Part shown: in pieces, positions 40,927 to 49,084 of the stretch | Numbering within the stretch: position 1 is the first letter of the stretch | How the letters are laid out: every line of letters begins with the position of its first letter | NCBI GenBank assembly: GCA_016218805.1 | Contig: JACRCW010000164.1 | Coordinates: forward strand, 1-62,662 | DNA length: 62,662 nucleotides | DNA from: Deltaproteobacteria bacterium | GTDB lineage: Bacteria; Myxococcota; JACRCW01 | Direction: 5' to 3' | Program-made: the position numbers and the translations under genes | Notes under the pieces: model-generated | What the model was told of the DNA's origin: nothing | Seen by the model: only the letters and a program-made list of their open reading frames with translations | Database searches by the model: none

Positions 40927-42816
40927 TCAGCCTGCCGCGGCCGGCCCGGGTCCGGAACCTTCCCGGCGTCCCTGGTCAAGCTGCTTTAGCGCCTCAGTGA
41001 CCTCGCGCAGGTGGCCGCGCAGCTGCTGGACCAGGTCCTGGTCCCCGCGCTGTTGGGCGGCATCCGCCTCACGCGTGAGGGAGGCCTTGCGTTCCGCCAG
41101 TGCCTTGCGCTGCCACCACCCAAGCACCTGCACCACCGCCTTCCCTGCTGCTTCCTCGTCGCCAAACACCCGCTGACCCTTCGCCACCTCGTCAAGCATC
41201 CCGGTCACTTCCGGGTGCGGGATGCGCGCGTACAACTCCTTGAAGACCGGGCTGTCCGGGGAAAAGGGCCCGGCTTCTTGTACCTTCTGGCGCACAAAAG
41301 CAAGGAACGGCCGGATGGTCCGTCCCAGTTGCTCGGCCAGCGGGTGGTCATCCAGCGGCGCGGCCTTGTCCGGGAACTCAATCACCAGGCGGCTGAGGAT
41401 CTTCTCGTCGGCGCGCAGCGGCGGGGGGCCGGCCGGGGGCGGCGGCGGCCGGCGCGGCGGGGCGGGACGGGACGTCGGCGCGTCGGTGCGGGCGGCCGGG
41501 CGGGGAGCCGCGGCCACGGCCAGCTCGCGCGCAAGCTGCGTGCGATCCAGCTCCAGCTTGTGCGCCGCCTTGTCCAGGTACATGTCCCGCTCCAGGCCCT
41601 CGGGGATCGCCTGGAACAGCCACGCCAGCCGCCGGATCGCATCCAGGCGCGCGGGCACGTCGTCACCGGCATCCTCCGCGGTGCGCGCCGCCTCGTTGAT
41701 CACCCAGGCGGGCAACGGCTCCGCCTCGTCCACCAGGCGCGCCGCGCCCGCGGGCCCCACGCGCTCCACGTACGTGTCCGGATCGTCGCCAATGGGCAGG
41801 ACCGCCAGGCGCGCATCCACCTTCAGCGGGAGAAGGACCTCGCCGGACTTGCGGACGGCGCGCGTGCCCGCGGCATCCCCGTCCCAGCACAGCACCACCT
41901 TGGATCCCAGCTTCAGCAGCGTCTGCGCGTGGCGCAGTGTGAGCGCCGTGCCGCAGGAGGCAATGGCGGCCAGCCCGCACACCTCCAGTGCAATCGCGTC
42001 AAAATAGCCCTCCACCACGACGATGGGCTGCCCCTTGCGCGCTTTCTGGAACGCCTGCGGCGCGCGGTAGAACGCGCTGGACTTGTCGTAGATCTGTGAC
42101 TCGGGGCTGTTGAGATACTTGGCCACGCCGTCGCGTTTGGCGCGCTCGCCAAACACGCGCCCGCCAAACCCGAGCACCCGCCAGCGCTCGTCGCGGATGG
42201 GGAAGATCACGCGCCCGGCAAACCGGTCGTACTGGCCGCGCTCGTTGGAAACGCACAAGCCGGCCTTGAGCAGGTCGTCCTTGTCCTCGTCCGTCTTGCC
42301 CAGCGTGGTCCACAGCAGGTCCCGCTGTCCGCCGCCATACCCCAGTTCAAACTCCGCCCACTGCTTGGCGCCCAGGTGCCGCCCCTCCAGGTAGGCGCGG
42401 GCCTCCGCACCGTGCTCACCGGTGAGCTCCGCCAGGAACACGTGCAGCGCGCGCTCCACCATGGCGTAGAGGCGGCCCTTCTGCTTCTCCGCGGCAATCT
42501 CCTCGGGGGACTGCTCCTCGGTGGGGACGTCAATGCCCACCTCCGCGGCCAGCTCGCGCACCACCTCAGGGAACGCGCGGTTCTGGAACTTCACCAGGAA
42601 CTTGAAGACGTCACCGGTCTCACCGCAGCCAAAGCAGTGGAAGAACCGCTTGTCCGGAACCACGTTGAAGGACGCCGTCTTTTCGTGGTGGAACGGGCAG
42701 AGCCCCACGTGGCCGCGCCCGGCGCGCTTGAGCTGCACGTGCCGGCCCACCACCTGGACAATGTCCACGCGCTCCCTGACGGCTTCAATGACTGCGTCGG
42801 GGATCCTCGTTGCCAT
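40927..42816 (-). CDS. dnaG: DNA primase
   Basis: CPFHHEK...CFGC zinc finger, KYLNSPE, VEGYFD, DGDAAG. Confidence 0.97.
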   Translation of the reverse strand: MATRIPDAVIEAVRERVDIVQVVGRHVQLKRAGRGHVGLCPFHHEKTASFNVVPDKRFFHCFGCGETGDVFKFLVKFQNRAFPEVVRELAAEVGIDVPTEEQSPEEIAAEKQKGRLYAMVERALHVFLAELTGEHGAEARAYLEGRHLGAKQWAEFELGYGGGQRDLLWTTLGKTDEDKDDLLKAGLCVSNERGQYDRFAGRVIFPIRDERWRVLGFGGRVFGERAKRDGVAKYLNSPESQIYDKSSAFYRAPQAFQKARKGQPIVVVEGYFDAIALEVCGLAAIASCGTALTLRHAQTLLKLGSKVVLCWDGDAAGTRAVRKSGEVLLPLKVDARLAVLPIGDDPDTYVERVGPAGAARLVDEAEPLPAWVINEAARTAEDAGDDVPARLDAIRRLAWLFQAIPEGLERDMYLDKAAHKLELDRTQLARELAVAAAPRPAARTDAPTSRPAPPRRPPPPPAGPPPLRADEKILSRLVIEFPDKAAPLDDHPLAEQLGRTIRPFLAFVRQKVQEAGPFSPDSPVFKELYARIPHPEVTGMLDEVAKGQRVFGDEEAAGKAVVQVLGWWQRKALAERKASLTREADAAQQRGDQDLVQQLRGHLREVTEALKQLDQGRREGSGPGPAAAG

Positions 42817-42819
42817 CCG

Positions 42820-43266
42820 TCAGCCGCCCAGTGCCGCCTTGACCAGCGCGCTCACCAGCTTGCCGTCGGCCTTGCCTTTCACCTTGGGCATCAACACCCC
42901 CATCACCTTGCCCATGTCCTTGCCGCCGGCCGCGCCGGTCTCCTTCACGGCCTCCGCAACCAGCGCCTTCACCTCGTCCTCGCCCATCTGCTTGGGCATG
43001 TACGCCTGGATCAGCGCCAGCTCGGCACTCTCCTTGTCCACCAGGTCCTGCCGCCCGCCCGCCTTGTACTGGTCAATGGAGTCCTGCCTCTGCTTGGCCA
43101 GCTTGGCCAGGACGCCCAGCACTCCCGCGTCGTCCAGGGTGATCTTCTCGTCAATCTCCTTCTTGCGGATCTCATTCTTGATGAGGCGAATGGCGTCCAG
43201 GCGCGGCTTGTCCTGGGCCTTCATGGCCGCCTTCATGTCTGTGTCCACCGTGTCCCGGAGCGCCAT
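42820..43266 (-). CDS. yqeY: GatB/YqeY-domain protein
   Basis: DMKAAMKA, KQRQDSIDQY, DMGKVMG...GKADGK. Typical position before dnaG. Confidence 0.92.
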   Translation of the reverse strand: MALRDTVDTDMKAAMKAQDKPRLDAIRLIKNEIRKKEIDEKITLDDAGVLGVLAKLAKQRQDSIDQYKAGGRQDLVDKESAELALIQAYMPKQMGEDEVKALVAEAVKETGAAGGKDMGKVMGVLMPKVKGKADGKLVSALVKAALGG

Positions 43267-43327
43267 GGCATTTCCTCGCTGTGAAAGGGACCGGTGAACA
43301 TGGGGGCCGGTGCGGGGCCCGTCAAGT

Positions 43328-43882
43328 TCACGCCCAGACGCGGGCAAGCTCCAGGCCGAAACCGGGCAGGCGTGGCGTCGTCACCACTTCCGCGTCGGCG
43401 TGGATGGACACGCGCTCAAAGGCGCCGTCCCGCAGTTCATAGCGCTCAAGGCGGCGGCCCTCCGCGTCCACCAGCCAGTACTTGGGCACGCCGTGGCGCG
43501 CGTACGCATTGGCCTTGGTGGTGCGGTCAGCCTTCTCCGTGGACGGCGAGAGAATCTCGATAACGATGTCCGGCGGTCCTTCGATCCACTTGTTGCGGAT
43601 GACTGCCTGGCCGGCCTTGAGGATCACCACAATGTCCGGAACGAAGACGTCGTCACCGAGGCGCACGTCGATGGGTGCGTGGAGGATCTCGCCAAGGCCG
43701 GTCTGGTCAAGGAATGCCCCGATCCGTCACTCCATCCGGTAGGACACGCGCTGGTGCTTCACGACGGGCGACGGATTCACGTACAGGTCCCCTGCGATGA
43801 TCTCGCGCCGCTTCCCGTCGTCGGGGAACGTCTCGAGGTCGTCGTAGATGTAGTAGTTGCGGAGGCGCAGCGCGCTGACCAT
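43328..43882 (-). pseudogene. Uma2 endonuclease copy A with in-frame TGA at codon 52
   Basis: 555 nt, colinear with copy B. Reads ...HQRVSYRME-stop-RIGAFLDQTG..., with the stop at 43727-43729. Confidence 0.85.
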
Positions 43883-43929
43883 GACGCGCGCAGGCTACCA
43901 CCGTGGGGATCAGCTTTCACCCGCCAGGT

Positions 43930-44484
43930 TCACGCCCAGACTCGGCCGAGCTCCAGGCGGAAACCGGGCAGGCGTGGCGTCGTCACCACGTCCGCGTCGG
44001 CGTGGATGGCCACGCGCTCAAAGGCGCGGTCGCGCAGTTCGTAGCGCTCAAGGCGGCGGCCCTCCGCGTCCACCAGCCAGTACTCGGGCACGCCGTGGCG
44101 CGCGTACGCATTGGCCTTGGTGGTGCGGTCAACCTTCTCCGTGGACGGCGAGAGAATCTCAATGACGATGTCCGGCGGCCCTTCGATCCATTTGTCGCGG
44201 ATGACCGCCTGGCCAGCCTTGAGGACCACCACGATGTCCGGACCGAAGACGTCATCGCCCAGGCGCACGTCGATGGGAGCATCTAGGACCTCGCCCAGGC
44301 CGGCGTGGCGCAGGAACAGCGCCAGTTCAACGAGGAACTCCCGGGACACGCGCTGGTGCCGGGGCAACGGTGACGGATTCACGTACAGGTCCCCTGCGAT
44401 GATCTCGCGCCGCTTCCCGTCGTCGGGGAACGTCTCGAGGTCGTCGTAGATGTAGTAGTTGCGGAGGCGCAGCGCGCTGACCAT
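43930..44484 (-). CDS. Uma2 endonuclease copy B (intact)
   Basis: PSPLPRHQ, GPDIVV, PPDIVIEILSPS, GVPEYWLVD. Confidence 0.9.
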   Translation of the reverse strand: MVSALRLRNYYIYDDLETFPDDGKRREIIAGDLYVNPSPLPRHQRVSREFLVELALFLRHAGLGEVLDAPIDVRLGDDVFGPDIVVVLKAGQAVIRDKWIEGPPDIVIEILSPSTEKVDRTTKANAYARHGVPEYWLVDAEGRRLERYELRDRAFERVAIHADADVVTTPRLPGFRLELGRVWA

Positions 44485-44628
44485 GACGCGTGCAGGCTAC
44501 CACCGTGGGGATCAGGTTTCACCGCCAGGGTCGCGCCCATACGCGGTCCGAGTTCCCGGCGGAAACCGCCGTCCCGCAGTTCATGGCGCTTCCGTGCTCT
44601 CCACGCCCCGGCTTGCTAGGGTGTCGGC

Positions 44629-44919
44629 ATGCTTGCGCCGACGCCACCTTCGCTCATGACGGACCAGCGGGGACGGCCCTACTTCCTGTGGGACGTGGAC
44701 ATGACGCTGGAGGTGTTCCGCGCCCGCCTTGCCGATGCGGACCCGGAAGTGCGCGCCTACATGACCGCCAAGCTGATGCGGCAGGCGAAGCCGGACGACG
44801 TCTTCTCTTTTGTGACCGAGGCCCAAATCCGCGCGCTCTGGCCGCGGCTGCAGCGCTACCTCGGCAACACGCGGCCGTTCTGGCAGTGGCTGCTCGCAGT
44901 CTGGGAAACCGCGTCATGA
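44629..44919 (+). CDS. Small putative antitoxin partner of the AbiEii-like toxin
   Basis: 96 aa with PYFLWDVD motif. ATGA overlap with the downstream nucleotidyltransferase. Confidence 0.65.
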   Translation: MLAPTPPSLMTDQRGRPYFLWDVDMTLEVFRARLADADPEVRAYMTAKLMRQAKPDDVFSFVTEAQIRALWPRLQRYLGNTRPFWQWLLAVWETAS

Positions 44920-45572
44920 AGGGAGCACTCTCGCCCCTTCAAGTCCGCGTCCTCGAACTCCTCTCACCCCTTACCCCAAGATGGGCGTTGACCGGGGGCG
45001 GTGCGCTGGCGGGGTTTCACCTCGGCCATCGGACAACGCGGGACCTGGACCTGTTCTGGCACGGTGCGCACGAGTTGCTCACCAAGCCCCACGAGGTGGC
45101 CGAGTTGTTACGGGAGGCTGGTATCGGCGTCGAGAACATCGTCAACGCGAAGAGCTTCTGTCGCATGCATGTCAGCAGCGGCAACGAGGTCGTTGTCGTT
45201 GATCTCGTGGCGGACCCCGTGGCCGTGATTGTCCCGCCCCAGGAAACGAAGGTGGGGAATGCCATGATTCTCGTCGACAGTGCCCACGAAATCCTGGTCA
45301 ACAAGCTGTGCACACTTCTCAGCCGGTCCGAAGTTCGCGACCTCATGGACATCAAGGCGCTGCTGGCTGCCGAAGGTGACCTCAAGCGTGCGATGGGGGA
45401 CGCGCCCAAGAAGGACGGCGGGTTTTCCCCCCTGACGCTGGCGTGGTTGCTTAGGGACTTCCCGCTGCGCTCGTTGGCTAAAGCGGAGGGTCTCAGCGAG
45501 GACGTCATCCAAGACCTTGAACGCTTCCGCTCCGAGCTGTCCAACCAGCTCGCCGTGGACGCCCGCCCCTGA
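44916..45572 (+). CDS. AbiEii/AbiGii (MenT-like) nucleotidyltransferase toxin
   Basis: LTGGGALAGFHLGHRTTRDLDLF, NKLCTLLSRSEVRDLMD. Confidence 0.85.
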   Translation: MKGALSPLQVRVLELLSPLTPRWALTGGGALAGFHLGHRTTRDLDLFWHGAHELLTKPHEVAELLREAGIGVENIVNAKSFCRMHVSSGNEVVVVDLVADPVAVIVPPQETKVGNAMILVDSAHEILVNKLCTLLSRSEVRDLMDIKALLAAEGDLKRAMGDAPKKDGGFSPLTLAWLLRDFPLRSLAKAEGLSEDVIQDLERFRSELSNQLAVDARP

Positions 45573-45606
45573 CGGCGCCGGCGTAGCCACCGCGCCACTC
45601 CCGCCC

Positions 45607-47073
45607 TCACCCGCCCTTGCGGATGCGCTCCACCACGCCCGTGGTGCTGCGGCCAGGCTCCATGGGCATGAGCACCACCTTGCCGCCGCGCGCCTCCACA
45701 AACTCCCGCCCAACGACACCCTTGTCCTTCCAGTCCTCGCCCTTGACCAGGATGTCCGGTGCCACCGCCTCAATCAGCGCGCCCGGTGTGTCTTCCCCAA
45801 ACGGGACCACCAGGTCCACACACGCCAGTGACGCCAGCAACTCCGCGCGGTCCTGCAGCGGCATGATGGGACGCTCCGGGCCTTTCAGCCGCCGCACGCT
45901 GTCGTCGTCGTTGAGGCCCACCACCAGCAGCTCACCCAGGTCCCGCGCGCGCGCCAGGTAACGGCTGTGCCCCGCGTGCAGCACATCAAAACACCCGTTG
46001 GTGAACACCACGCGTGCACCCGCGGCGCGGCGTGCGCGCAGCACCACTGCCGCTTGAGCGCGTTCCATCACCTTGCCTGCGGGACCTGCGGACGCGCCCA
46101 GCGCCATGGCCACTTCCTGCCGCGTCACCGGCACGCTGCCCAGTTTTCCCACCTCCACGCCCGCGGCCGCGTTGGCCAGGTGCACCGCCACGTCCCAGGA
46201 CAGCCCGCCGCCAAGACACAGCGCCAGCATGGCCACCACCATGTCCCCCGCGCCCGTCACATCAAACACGTCGCGCGCCGCCGTGGCCGCAAACAGCTCC
46301 CCGCCGTCGCGGTGGAACAACGCCATCCCATCGCGGTCCAGCGTGATGATCGCCGCGTCCAGGCCGGCCAGCTGGAGCAGCTTGTGGCCGGCACGGCGGA
46401 TGGAGTCGGGATCGGACGGCGTGATGCCGGTGGCCTCCGCGGTCTCCCGGCGGTTGGGCGTGAGCGCGGTGGCACCCGCGTAGCGCGTGAAGTCGGCGCC
46501 CTTGGGATCCACCAGCACGGGCACCTTGCGGCGCCGCGCTTCATCAATCACGGCGCGCACCACGCCCGGGGACAGCACGCCCTTGGCGTAGTCACTCAGC
46601 AACACCACGTCCGCGCCATCCACCGCGCGCAGCGCTGCGTCGCGCACCCGCGCCTCAAGATCGGCCGGGCACGCGCGGTCATCCTCACGATCCACGCGCA
46701 GCACCTGCTGCCCATAGGGACCACCGCGCGCCACGTGGCGGTTCTTCACCGTGGTCCGGCGGGCCTGCGTCCGGACCAACCCGGACGCGTCCGCTTTCTC
46801 GTCGGACGCAAGCCGCATCACCACGTCCCCATCCGCGTCCTCCCCGACAATCCCGACGAGCCGTACGCGCGCGCCCAAGAGCAGCAGGTCCGCCGCCACG
46901 CTGCCCGCGCCACCCAGGCGTTCCTCCTCGCGCGCCACGCGCAGCACCGGTACGGGCGCTTCAGGTGAGATGCGACCGACCTCACCAAACGTGTACCGGT
47001 CCAGCATCACGTCCCCCACCAGCGCCACGGTGGGGCTCCCCAGGTTCACCAGCGCGTGGGCCAGCGTTTCCAC
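45607..47073 (-). CDS. hldE: Bifunctional heptose-7-phosphate kinase / heptose-1-phosphate adenylyltransferase
   Basis: GDVMLDRY, RISPEAPVPV, DVTGAGD, FTNGCFDVLHAGH, RSTTGVVERI. Confidence 0.95.
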   Translation of the reverse strand: METLAHALVNLGSPTVALVGDVMLDRYTFGEVGRISPEAPVPVLRVAREEERLGGAGSVAADLLLLGARVRLVGIVGEDADGDVVMRLASDEKADASGLVRTQARRTTVKNRHVARGGPYGQQVLRVDREDDRACPADLEARVRDAALRAVDGADVVLLSDYAKGVLSPGVVRAVIDEARRRKVPVLVDPKGADFTRYAGATALTPNRRETAEATGITPSDPDSIRRAGHKLLQLAGLDAAIITLDRDGMALFHRDGGELFAATAARDVFDVTGAGDMVVAMLALCLGGGLSWDVAVHLANAAAGVEVGKLGSVPVTRQEVAMALGASAGPAGKVMERAQAAVVLRARRAAGARVVFTNGCFDVLHAGHSRYLARARDLGELLVVGLNDDDSVRRLKGPERPIMPLQDRAELLASLACVDLVVPFGEDTPGALIEAVAPDILVKGEDWKDKGVVGREFVEARGGKVVLMPMEPGRSTTGVVERIRKGG

Positions 47074-47077
47074 GACG

Positions 47078-48190
47078 TCACCTCGTTTCCAGCAGGCGCC
47101 GATACAACGCCTCCGTCTCGCGCGCCACCTGCGCGGGCGCGTGCCGCTGCACCATCACGGCGCGGCACACTTCCACCGCGGGTCCCGCGCGCAACAGCGA
47201 CACCACCGCGCCCACCTGCGCGTCGTCGTCACCTTCCGGCCAGACTGCCCCCGTGCCCGCCACCACTTCCGCCACCTCGGGGAGGTCCGGCACCGCCGCC
47301 GGTGTGCCGCACGCCATGCTCTCCAGCACCGCGCGTCCATACCCGTCATTGCCCAGCGCCAACAGGATGGATGCATCCGCCGCGGCGTACGCATCAGGCA
47401 GCTCATCCTTCAGGTACCCAAGGAACTGCACGCCTTCCATGCCGCGCGCCAGCTCCATCATGGACGGGCGCAGTTCTCCCAGGCCCGCAAAGGCGAGCTG
47501 CGCCGACGGCACCGCCGCGCGGACCTGCGGCCACGCGCGCAGGACGCGCTCATGACCGCGGCCGGCCTGGAAGATTGCGGTCATCAACAGCAACGGCGCA
47601 TCCGGCGGGATGGCGTGCCCCGCGCGGAAACGCGTACGCCGCGCAGCCCGGTCGTCGGCGTGGAAGCGCACCACGTCCACCGGACCGCGGATGACGTGCA
47701 TCCGCTCCAGCGGGATGCCCAGCGACGCTGCGCCTTCATCCGCGCGGGCACGCGCGTGCACAATGAACGCGTCCGCCCGTTGCATCAGCCAACGTTGCCC
47801 CACGCGCGGCTGCAGGCTGCGGCGCGAATGCACGGTGCGCACCAGCACCGGCCGCGGCCCGGACCGCGCCAGCACCGCCAGCGCGTGATCATGACTGAAG
47901 TGCGCGTGCACCACGTCCACGTCCGTGAAGCGCGCCCGCAACGCCGCGCGATCACGCAACCACACCAGCGGACCGGACCGCGTAGATAATGCAAGCTCGC
48001 GCGCTACCGGGATGCCCGCGGCCGCCACCGCGGGTCCCATCCCTTCTTCGTGCTCATTGCCCATGGGCCGCACCGTGTCATGCCCGATGACGACGTCATG
48101 GCCCAACGCCCGCAACTCCTGGCACAAGGACATTGTGGCCGCCGCGGGCCCCGAGTACGCGAACGCGCTGACGAGCTGAAGGACCCGCAA
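47078..48190 (-). CDS. Glycosyltransferase family 4
   Basis: DVVHAHFSHD, VQFLGY, DGYGRAVLESMACGTP. Confidence 0.85.
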   Translation of the reverse strand: MRVLQLVSAFAYSGPAAATMSLCQELRALGHDVVIGHDTVRPMGNEHEEGMGPAVAAAGIPVARELALSTRSGPLVWLRDRAALRARFTDVDVVHAHFSHDHALAVLARSGPRPVLVRTVHSRRSLQPRVGQRWLMQRADAFIVHARARADEGAASLGIPLERMHVIRGPVDVVRFHADDRAARRTRFRAGHAIPPDAPLLLMTAIFQAGRGHERVLRAWPQVRAAVPSAQLAFAGLGELRPSMMELARGMEGVQFLGYLKDELPDAYAAADASILLALGNDGYGRAVLESMACGTPAAVPDLPEVAEVVAGTGAVWPEGDDDAQVGAVVSLLRAGPAVEVCRAVMVQRHAPAQVARETEALYRRLLETR

Positions 48191-48197
48191 GGGCGCC

Positions 48198-49049
48198 TCA
48201 GAGGTTGTACTGCGCGTACAGGAACGGGTGCAGCAGCTCGGTGACGAAATAGTTGAGAATCACCATGGAGACGCTGCTGAGCACCACGGCGCGCGTGGCT
48301 GCCTGCCCCACGCCCTTGGCGCCGCCGCTGCACGTGTAGCCCTTGTAACAACTGATGAGCGCCACAAACATCCCGTACAGCGCGCTCTTGATGACCCCCT
48401 CCGCAAAGTCCGGCGGGTCCAGATAGTAGTTGGTCTGCGTCGTCAGTGCGCCGGGGTCCAGGCCTTCGCGCAGGGTGCCCGTCAGGAAGCAGCCCACCCA
48501 GCCGGTGGTGACGAAGATGATATCCAACGCGGGGCACATGATGGTGGACGCAATGACCCGCGGCACCACCAGATACTGGAGGGGGTTGACGGCCATGGTC
48601 TCCATCGCGTCGATCTGCTCGGTGACGCGCATGGTGGCCAGTTCCGTGGACATGGAGGACCCGCTGCGCCCGGCGAACAGCAACACGGTCATGGCGGGCC
48701 CCAACTCGCGTGCGAGCGAGATGACGACGGTGGAACCCACCAGGTCCTCGCCGCCGAAACGGCGGAACGCATACAGGCTCTGGAACGTGAACACGCCGCC
48801 GGTGAAGATGCCTGCCAGCAGGATGATGACGGTGGTGCCCACCCCCACGGTCATCATCTGCTCAATGAGCAGCGGCCAGCGGTACGGCCGGCGGAACATC
48901 CAGAAGAACGTGGACGCGGTGAAGTTCCAGAACCCGCCAAAATCGCCGGCGTACTCGACGAGAAGTTCCCGGGAGCGCACCAGCAGCTTCTGGAACGGGG
49001 CGGCAATCTCGTCGGCAGCCGATACCGGGGGTGGGATGGACTCGCTCAT
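48198..49049 (-). CDS. mlaE: MlaE-family ABC permease
   Basis: RELGP, AGRSGSSMSTELATMRVTEQIDAMETM, GGAKGVGQAATRAVV. Confidence 0.9.
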   Translation of the reverse strand: MSESIPPPVSAADEIAAPFQKLLVRSRELLVEYAGDFGGFWNFTASTFFWMFRRPYRWPLLIEQMMTVGVGTTVIILLAGIFTGGVFTFQSLYAFRRFGGEDLVGSTVVISLARELGPAMTVLLFAGRSGSSMSTELATMRVTEQIDAMETMAVNPLQYLVVPRVIASTIMCPALDIIFVTTGWVGCFLTGTLREGLDPGALTTQTNYYLDPPDFAEGVIKSALYGMFVALISCYKGYTCSGGAKGVGQAATRAVVLSSVSMVILNYFVTELLHPFLYAQYNL

Positions 49050-49084
49050 GGGCGCGCGGACACTGCCACAACCGGGACCGCGGG

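Larger units (their letters stand above)
43328..44600. repeat. Tandem repeat, 602-bp period: two full units plus a deleted third unit
   Basis: Stops at 43328/43930 and starts at 43882/44484. The upstream spacer CAGGCTACCACCGTGGGGATCAG is repeated. 44531-44590 resembles a deleted Uma2 3' end (cgcccatacgcgg...gaaaccg ccgtcccgcagttcat). Confidence 0.85.

Noticed and set aside
43727..43729. Selenocysteine or alternative genetic code
   Set aside because: TGA is the normal stop for most genes here, and the aligned position is not Cys.
43328..44600. Uma2 repeats as a DGR template/variable pair, integron cassettes or CRISPR
   Set aside because: Mismatches are not adenine-specific, there is no reverse transcriptase, integrase or cas gene in the window, and no attC-like or short repeat-spacer structure.
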